Below, in pieces: positions 56,168 through 64,000 of a stretch of DNA of 64,000 nucleotides. The DNA is from Bigelowiella natans CCMP2755 (Eukaryota > Protista > Cercozoa). Every line of letters begins with the position of its first letter. Within the stretch, counting starts at the first letter, position 1. The DNA lies in contig ADNK01002144.1 of the NCBI GenBank assembly GCA_000320545.1, positions 1 to 64,000 on the forward strand. The letters run 5' to 3'. Position numbers and translations under genes: made by a program. The notes beneath the pieces were generated by a model. The model was not told where the DNA came from, did no database searches, and worked only from the letters and a program-made list of their open reading frames with translations.

Positions 56168-58910
56168 ATGGAAACTATCCTCGCACGCGCTGCTAAGTAA
56201 TTGCTGTTAAAAGGTAAATGAAAACCCTGTTCGCAACCGTCTGTCGGTAAACTAGATACGCTCACTTTGTGTGAATCTACAATCTTCTATTTAGTTTTTG
56301 TTCAAAGGTATCTTCGAAGAAAGCGAGTCAAAGAATGACTTTCCGGTAAGAATAGATCTTCAAAGTTTTAGCAATACAAGGATGGATTATAATCTCAATA
56401 CTATTAAGGTACTTCGTCGCTGTTGTTACGGCGGGGAAAGAAAACCATGTAAAGATCAGCGGAAAAGTTACGAAAGGGAAGCTGGAAAATGGTATGGACG
56501 TCCGGTTTGACCCCTCGGGTGCCCAAGGAGAAGTATTGAAACTGGAGCTCAAAGGAAAAGAGGTGGAAACTTTGTTTTCAGGTAAAAATATAATGATATC
56601 TGAATCGTGGAGTGTGGGAATAAATAGGTTCAGTCTGTCCAGGGAGGCAAGTTGGCAGATGTGTATCTTTTGATACGAAATCGTCATTCCCCTGAAGATG
56701 GGGACACAATGCTTGGTATTGAAGACTCGGGAGAAGTAAATACTGCCTCATTCGAGCGACTTGATGCTCAGAAGCCTCAATTTGGCAGAATGAAAACATT
56801 AAAACGGAAGGATTATGGGCAAAATGCACTTCATTTTTTCAAAGGCGATGGTGATCCTCCTAAATTTCCTCCAGAGGTTGAGGATATGTTTCGTTCTTGC
56901 GAAGATAATAATGATATTGAGATGCTTAACATCGTTACTGATCTGAAATATGACATTAATCAACCGCATCCCTTGGAATTAGAAACTTTGTGTCATGTTG
57001 CAGCACGCAATAATCACCTTGAGCTTCTCAAAATTCTCATCGATTTCAAAGCGGACGTAAATGTAGGGGACTCTGGAGGAGATACTGTGCTTATGCATTT
57101 TATAAAATGCTGTGATACAATCTACACCTCGAGCGAAGGTGAAATTCTGGATGCGTTGATAGAAGCCAAAGCTGATGTAAACTCACCCTCCAAGAAAGAT
57201 TTTAGTCGCACCCCGCTTATAACCTGTATTCTCAAAGACCAATTCGAGCTTGCTGAGTACTTGATTAAGAAAAATGCAGATGTTTCTATAGAATCGAAAC
57301 TATCTGAAAATGCACTGACTCTCGGAATTGAAAATGCTCCTTTGGAGATAATTAAGCAAGTGCTAAATAACTGGCCGTCACCCACTCACTACCTTAAGAT
57401 ATGCGAAGACGTCTTAGAAATAGCTGATACCCTTAACAGACCGGATGTGGTCAAACAACTGAAGGGATCCAAGATGATGGCAATGAGCAAAAAGATTGAA
57501 GAAAAGCAAATAAACGATGAAACTAAAAACATTCTCGGCGAACTGCAAGCTCATATGACCATCATTCAATACCAAAAAGCCAGGAAAAGGGATGGGCCAC
57601 TCGTAAGCAGAGAACTTGAAAAAAAAATGGAGAAAGCCAAGGATTTCCTCGCTCATAATAAAAAACATCGTGTGGAGATACAAGATAGCGACGCAATCAA
57701 TCAAGTAGAACTTGATGTTCAACAACTCAGACGTGCATTTATCAAAGCTGACAAAGATGGAGATGGTATGATGACAAGAGAGGAAACAATCAATATGCTA
57801 AAGCTATGTGGAATGAAAGAGAAGGAGGCGAAGAGAAATGTTGAAGATTTCTTCCGAATTGCAGATGCTGACAATTCCGGAACCATTTCTTGGGAAGAGT
57901 TCGTGGAAGAATATGTTCGGATGCAGCTTGCCAAAGCAATCAATGACGTTCATGGATACTTCCATTCTGTAGATAAAAATGGCGATGGAGAGATAGATAG
58001 AGGTGAATTCATGGAATGTTTGGTTCACATGTTCGGAAGCGTAGAAGCAGAGAGGCAGTTCGAACACCTATTCAATTCCATAGATCAGAATGGAGACGGT
58101 AAGATAGAGCTTCATGAACTGAAAGATTGGTACAAAATTCGTGCAAGGGAAATAGTCAGATCACGCATGGTTAAGAAAATGATGAAGAAAGCTGGGAAAG
58201 CTAAAGTATGTAAAATAGAACTGAAAGCTACCTACCTACAGCTTCATAAAGCTTGTGAATACGGAAATCTTCAGATGATTAAACGATGCATTCTTAAATT
58301 GAAAAAAGCTGGACCGAAATCATTGAAAAAATATCTAAATAAAAAGGATGAAAATAAGAATCCTTTGATTTTTCTCACATTGTGGAAAGAGCACCATGGA
58401 TGTATGGAGGCGTTGCTGGATGCAAAGGCAGACATCAATGCGAAAAACGGCAGAGGAAATACCATTTTACATAGCGCTTGTTCGAAGAAGGACTACCGCG
58501 TAATCGAGATGTTGATAATGAACGGTGCTAAAGAGAACATCAGAAATAAGAAAAATCAATTGTGTCACGAGGTACTCCATCCCTCTGGAGAAGTGAGGCT
58601 CCAGAAATCTTTCATTGCGAAGATTGTTAAAAAGCGAAACAATGGCGAAAAGCTGCAAGAAAAATTAGACCTTATGCCCGACAACATGCAGAAACAATAT
58701 AAATTAATTTTTGATTACATTGACGAGGATAAAAGTGGTACCATATCCCAAAAGGAATTACTAGCTTATTCAGACGGTACTTCAGTTCTCAAAGATTTTT
58801 TTGTTGGTTCCAATGATGAAATTACATGGGAGACATTTCGTGATAGCATTTGGGCCCATATCGAAAGAAAGGCTCATCACAGAAAGATGAAATTGGAACG
58901 TAAACAGTGA
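56168..58910 (+). CDS. Ankyrin-repeat plus EF-hand protein with an N-terminal EF-Tu domain II-like barrel
   Basis: Ankyrin repeats (TLCHVAARNNH, RTPLITCI, GNTILHSAC). EF-hands DKDGDGMMTREE, DADNSGTISWEE, DKNGDGEIDRGE, DQNGDGKIELHE and DEDKSGTISQKE. Three 5' introns with consistent phases lead into ORF 56652..58910. Confidence 0.88.
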
Positions 58911-59638
58911 GACCACAAACGTTTTACAATTGCATTCTTCGGTTTTGCATTATAAAATATTTGGGCACGTGGAAATGTCAGTTATCATCATGGGTCGGGA
59001 TTCAAAGCCACATGCGATGTACATGAACATGGTCAATAAGTACGTAGGAGAGCAAGCTATCGCAGCAAGAGCGAAAACAATGCAAGGGCGTAGCGAGCCG
59101 TGCACGCAGGTCAACGCACATGCGCAGATATGAGATGAATGTAATAAATATTGATTAAATCTTTTCAATGGTCATCCTGATGTAGCTGTGCAAAGCAGCA
59201 GATATATCGACCACACCAGCAGCACATGCGACGACACCGTCTGTAGTCACATGTTGACATTGCGTGTGTCGCTCTAGTCAGCACATCGTATCGCACACAC
59301 TACGTATTAATTTGCAGTAGACGACGCCGCTGGACACGAGAGTGCGAGTGGAAATTGAAAGGTTTCATAATTTACTGATTCAATCGACATTCCATCTACG
59401 AAGCCATTCATGTGTGCATGATGATGACGTAGAAATGAACAATGGTTGACGCTAGGAACACTGTAAAACCGTACATCTGAACCACTAGCAGCTAGGCAAT
59501 GATTTGGCCTGTTCGGACTACAATTGAACAACGACCAGTGATGCTTATCCTCATTATTTATGATGGGAGAACACAATCCGAACCGAATTGAAATATGACT
59601 GCGTGAGAATGTGTCAAACGCATGGTGGCACGTGTTGA

Positions 59639-60381
59639 TCATTCCGTCTTGTCCTTGCTCTGTGCTGGCAACATCATGAGGATCACTGCAGATAATAGTT
59701 CGAAACCTGAAAATGTACACATTGACTTATTGCAATTTTCTACTGAGTGACTGATAACGTTACCTCCTGCTAATGCAATGGGTAATTTAACAACCCCGAC
59801 GTGAAAATTTGCCATGAGAATCAAACCGACGCAAACTTTAGCAGCTGAGAACATCCATCTCGGCCTTTGGACGAGAAGAAGTCCAAGTGCGAGCACAAAC
59901 TGGTAGGGAGGAAAAGTCGGAGAAATCGGTTAGGGTCGCGCTCGGATAAAAATGAAATATGTTTGCATGGGGAATTAGTGAGAGATTGTCATGATAAAGA
60001 TGGTTGAAATTGAAAAGAACAATCACAGATACCTGGAGAGACCAAAACATAGTAGCCCACATTCGTGCTATCTCGCAGTTTTTTTGGCATTCCTATGGCA
60101 TACCAGAGGGTCAGGATAGATAGCAAGGCTCATATTCACCATACCTCGCTTCGTTTCGCGACAAAATGATGTGCCATCGGAGATGGCTTGTTAATTAAAA
60201 CCTTCACGAAGTTTAAAGGTGCTGAATTACACACCATCGATCAAACTCTTTTTATACGATCACATGAAATATTGAGCTGTGCGATAGATATTCTCATGAG
60301 AAAATGAAGTTTGTGAGGAATGGTGCTTGGATTACCCAATATTAGCCATGGAAAAGCGAGGACGACTTCAATGAAACCCAT
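59639..60381 (-). CDS. Small (~130 aa) multi-TM protein with KxKxx ER-retrieval motif; 5 exons
   Basis: Phase-consistent splicing gives MGFIEVVLAFPWLIL|APLNFVKVLINK..RSE|ECQKNCEIARMWATMFWSLQ|FVLALGLLLV..LPIALAG|GFELLSAVILMMLPAQSKDKTE*. Confidence 0.7.
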
Positions 60382-60718
60382 TCTTTGGACTTTTGTGTGG
60401 GGGGGGTACGCCTGGACGTGAACGAGTTTTCCAAGGCTGAACACCGCTAATCGCAATTTCAGAAAAATAATAAACCTGGATACATCGAAATTAGAATTTG
60501 AATAAATGAAAGTATGACGTTGTTCTTTATGTTCTTTTAATTTATATTAATTAAACATGATCTTAGATATATCTTTACCTAATATCTTTCTAAATCGGCG
60601 GCCACTGTGACATTGTTTCCGATTCTCTCACTGTAGAGGAGGGCCAGAAGAGAATTGTGTCGATTGGTGAGTTGATACGTGATCAGCGAGCTGCTCTCTG
60701 AGCACCATCGGATTCATC

Positions 60719-61673
60719 ATGTCAAAAGATAAGGTGCTTACTAAAAGTAGCAAAGAGTTGAACGACTATGAGTCTATGTTTAACATTTGCCATCCAGACT
60801 AAAATAGAGTTGCAACTCCCGGAATGTGCCGTAAGTTGGCTCAAGAAGAAGGTTTGTGATTGCAAGAAGGTTTTCGTTGAAAAGAATTATAGGATGTGCT
60901 TCAAATTTTCCAGGCGCAAAGTAACTCTCTTAGCGATGAGAGTAAAGCGTTGCGTTGCTGCATCAATTACGCTGCCCAGGTCGAGCTTTGTTATCGAAAT
61001 TACCTCCGGAATTTAAAATAGTATTTTCTTTGATGAAAAGGAAGCCTCTGACGAAGTGCTCTTTTCCAAGGGGAGGTGGAAGAGGAATCATTCTTGGACT
61101 TCTCATAAATTGATACAGCTGTGTGCCTTAGTTTGGCGGACCTGAAGGACCAAAAAAACCTTGTGGAAGTGACGTATAAACTTGCCAAAAGTCAAAGTGA
61201 CTGGGTTGAGGTAGGGAAGATGCACGTAAGATAAACCCTCATAACTTCCATGATGGTTGTATTTTGTTCTCACAAGAAAAAATCGACCGACTTCAACATT
61301 AAAGCTTCGACAATCACGATGGCAGTACTGGATGCGTGCATGAAGCAGACAAATGGTTGGGACTAAGACAAAAGTGTGCAAGAAATCCTAACCTTTCATC
61401 TTGCTTTTAGATTCGGTTTTTAAAATCGTCCGCTGCAAAACGAACACAACCTTGACTCCAGCGCCAAGGCTGAAGGAGGTAACAGAAAATGATTCCCACC
61501 ATATTGTAGGACACGGTTTTTTGGTTCATGCCCGTGTTGTGTGTGCGCATTTGCACTACATGATTGCACAGAAACTTTGCGTCGGTGGCTTGAAAGCACA
61601 AGCTGAAATGAACGCAAAGGATGTGGGAAAAGACAATGAGCACAAGGAAAATTGCATGTGCCAAAGCAATTAA
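60719..61673 (+). CDS. Small (~165 aa) protein with two ribbon-helix-helix-like units; 8 exons
   Basis: All intron phases are consistent: MSKDK|TKIELQLPECAVSWLKKK|AQSNSLSDESKALRCCINYAAQ|EASDEVLFSKGS|LADLKDQKNLVEVTYKLAKSQSDWVE|KKSTDFNIKASTITMAVLDACMKQTN|DSVFKIVRCKT..LKE|KLCVGG..CMCQSN*. Confidence 0.65.
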
Positions 61674-61674
61674 G

Positions 61675-62727
61675 TGAATGACGAAACATGAACTAGGTGA
61701 ACGACGACGGAGTCTTCGCAACAGCTAGACAGGTGGAGGACAATGTTTGTGCTGCCTGCGCCATGCTGCAATGTAGCCCTGCATCTGCGTTCGTGGCTTT
61801 CAAATGCAAGTTGAAAGTGGAATCCACCCATGCGGACAAGCTAGCAAGCATGCACGTCTAGCACTAGAGCGTGTTGCTGTGCACATTGTCGCACCGCCAG
61901 CGCAGCTGCGTGATTCACTAGTTCACTTCATGAACGATCATGGCATCACACAGGAGATGTCGATCGATGACGCTAGATCGGAACCAGGGAACATGCATCA
62001 CACCGCAAGCACTGCAGCACTGCAGCAGCTAGCTTGCTAGCTTGCTCGATCGCAACGTGCCGCCAGCTCATCGTGCGCAGCACTGGAGCAGTTTGTGAAA
62101 ACCAACCACGCTCCACCTTGTGCTTGAGCAAAGGTCTGAAGTCGGCTTGCGACACGCACACGTCGATCAGGCTGTGCAGAAAAAGTCTTGCCTGGTCGTG
62201 TGTGACAAAAGTGACGCACGAACATGCGCGATGCGACAGTGACAGAGCAGTGGAGCTGGCGATGTCGAGCCTCATCGCTTGGTGCCTGGCACACGGTGAC
62301 GTCGCAGCAAACACAACGTGGAAGTGAGCAGCAACCGTGTCGCCACAACCGCGTGGGCGTTCCAGCATTGCTGATTGATTGCTCATGCACGTCACAGACA
62401 AACAAACAATGAGCAAGTCAAGAAGCGCGCCTTCCAGCCTTCGTCCTGCTGAACGTGGGTGCACGAATGATCGAACCTGAACTGCTTCCAGTCGTGCAGT
62501 GTGGCCAAAACATCAATGCACGAACGATGATGCTCAGGCTCTTCTTCTGCTGTGCCTTCTCACCAACGTGCTGTCCTTCAGGGACACTGCATGGTTTCCC
62601 ACGCGCATGGTGCACATCAAGAGAGTCACTCGAGTTTTCGTGGAGATGCAGTCAAAAGGATCATCCGAACAATGACAGCCATCACGGCGGGGTTCTGAAC
62701 ATGATGAGAGATTCTCAACTTCTCAAC
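61675..62727. other. TpA-depleted tract (no TA in 62040-62727); possible hypermutated relic
   Basis: Manual dinucleotide scan: 10 TA in 61675-62039 (9 CTAG, 1 GTAG) and none in the following ~690 bp. Confidence 0.85.
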
Positions 62728-63292
62728 TACCCTTCATTGCAAAGAGACGCATGCCTGTACCGACCTGCTGTCTGTTCACCACTTTCAACCTCTTGAGCTC
62801 GGCCACTTTGAACTCAACATTGCTTAAATCCTCTCACAAATGCTTGAAATCCCCAGTTCCTTCGTTGATATTTGAGGGGTATCTTCATTAGAGTCAAAGA
62901 AAAGCAAGCACGATGAGCTTCTTCGAAGAGCTTCTTTTTAGGTGATTTCAGGATTTCCTAATTTCCTTCAGGGAGGGCTCAAGTGTGCTCACAACATCAC
63001 CTTTTTTTAAAGCTCTAAATTTCACAAAAATCCGATCGCATGCACAAAATTTCCACGAAATTAGGGTCTGTTTGATGAAAAAATGTCGGGAGAGTCGGCA
63101 ACGGGGCAGTGGGGAGAAGCTGAGATATGATTTGATGTGATGAAAAGCCGTGAAGAGCTTATTCTTCTTCGTTCTCCATTGCGAAGTAAGAAGAAAGGGG
63201 ACGGTAGCAACACACCTTCCGCAACAACCATTTGTCAACGTTCAAGGTTGCAAGGCCCGCACTCCCACACCGACGTAAGCACTCTAGATACA

Positions 63293-64000
63293 ATGTCAAC
63301 CTGTTTCTATGCATCTACTGCCGCTGGGGCTCAGTCACTCGATCTGAGGGTGTGCGGTAGCTCCCTCACTACAACTGCGGAAGGAGCGACAGAAACCTTG
63401 GCGACCTTATCGGAGCTCGACGCCCTTATAACCGTGACCGACATACTGTGGATCCTCGTATGCGGGATTCTCGTCTTCTGTAAGTCCGGACTATTTTTGA
63501 TGTTAGCATAGGGATTTGATCACAAAAAAGGAAATTTTAGTTGTGTTCACAAGCTTTATCCCCTCCCCCCCCCTCATTCTTTCTCCTGCACCGAATAATA
63601 TAGGGATGCAAGCAGGGTTTGCTATGCTAGAGTCTGGGTCTGTGAGAAGAAAGAATACAAACAACATCCTGTTTAAGAACTTGATGGATGCTTCGATTGG
63701 TGCCATCTGCTTCTGGCTTCTTGGATATTCCTTCGCATTTGGTAATGCAAAATACATTTACCAGGATGTTGGAAGAGACAATCGATTCATTGGTGCCGGA
63801 AATTGGGCTCTCCAGAACTTTAACAATGACTTCGATTACCATTCCTTCTTTTTCCAATGGGCCTTCGCTGGAGCAGCTGCAACCATTGTTTCAGGAGCCG
63901 TTGCAGAGCGATGCCGGTTAGAGGCATATTTCGTGTACACTGTTGTTTTAACAACTTTCATCTATCCCATTGTCGTCCACTGGGTATGGTCATCTACCGG
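63293..64000 (+). CDS. AMT1: Ammonium transporter (AMT1 family), 3'-truncated by the window
   Basis: WILVCGILVFW|MQAGFAMLESGSVRRKNTNNILFKNLMD, FFFQWAFAGAAATIVSGAVAERC and FIYPIVVHWVWS. One intron at about 63480-63603. Confidence 0.95.

Noticed and set aside
61653-61673. C-terminal CMCQSN as a prenylation signal
   Set aside because: CQSN lacks the aliphatic residues of a canonical CaaX box.
61804-62796. Cluster of overlapping ORFs on both strands (up to 163 aa)
   Set aside because: An artefact of TpA absence (no TAA/TAG stops and almost no Tyr). No recognisable domain.

Overview
Eukaryotic nuclear DNA: gene-dense, rich in GT-AG introns and in microsatellites. Signal-peptide-plus-transit-like leaders and a class IV-type myosin suggest a protist or alga with a complex plastid, such as a chlorarachniophyte (inference). 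I reconstructed 17 protein genes by hand-splicing, in order: EF-hand/CREC-like (-), MetAP1 (+), UNC-93-like MFS (-), thiolase (+), WW/MyTH4 myosin (-), unknown (+), LRR (-), LSD1/KDM1 (+), GAF (-), DDX60-like helicase (+), membrane protein (-), OTU-like (+), EamA (-), ankyrin/EF-hand (+), small ER membrane protein (-), tandem RHH-like (+) and a partial ammonium transporter (+). No rRNA, tRNA, CRISPR or intact transposon was seen. Strongest unexplained signals: (1) the first 16 genes alternate strand perfectly, forming head-to-head pairs separated by tail-to-tail spacers rich in CTAG/CATG/TGCA; (2) where the alternation breaks there is a ~690-bp tract with no TpA dinucleotide, and the nearby surviving TpAs are almost all in CTAG, suggesting a RIP-like TpA-targeted mutator. 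Unusual proteins include an LDL3-like demethylase with an SRI-like tail, a spliced tandem ribbon-helix-helix-like protein, an EF-Tu domain II-like/ankyrin/EF-hand fusion and a Cys-to-Ser pseudo-OTU. Exon boundaries and domain calls are manual and were not checked by any search.
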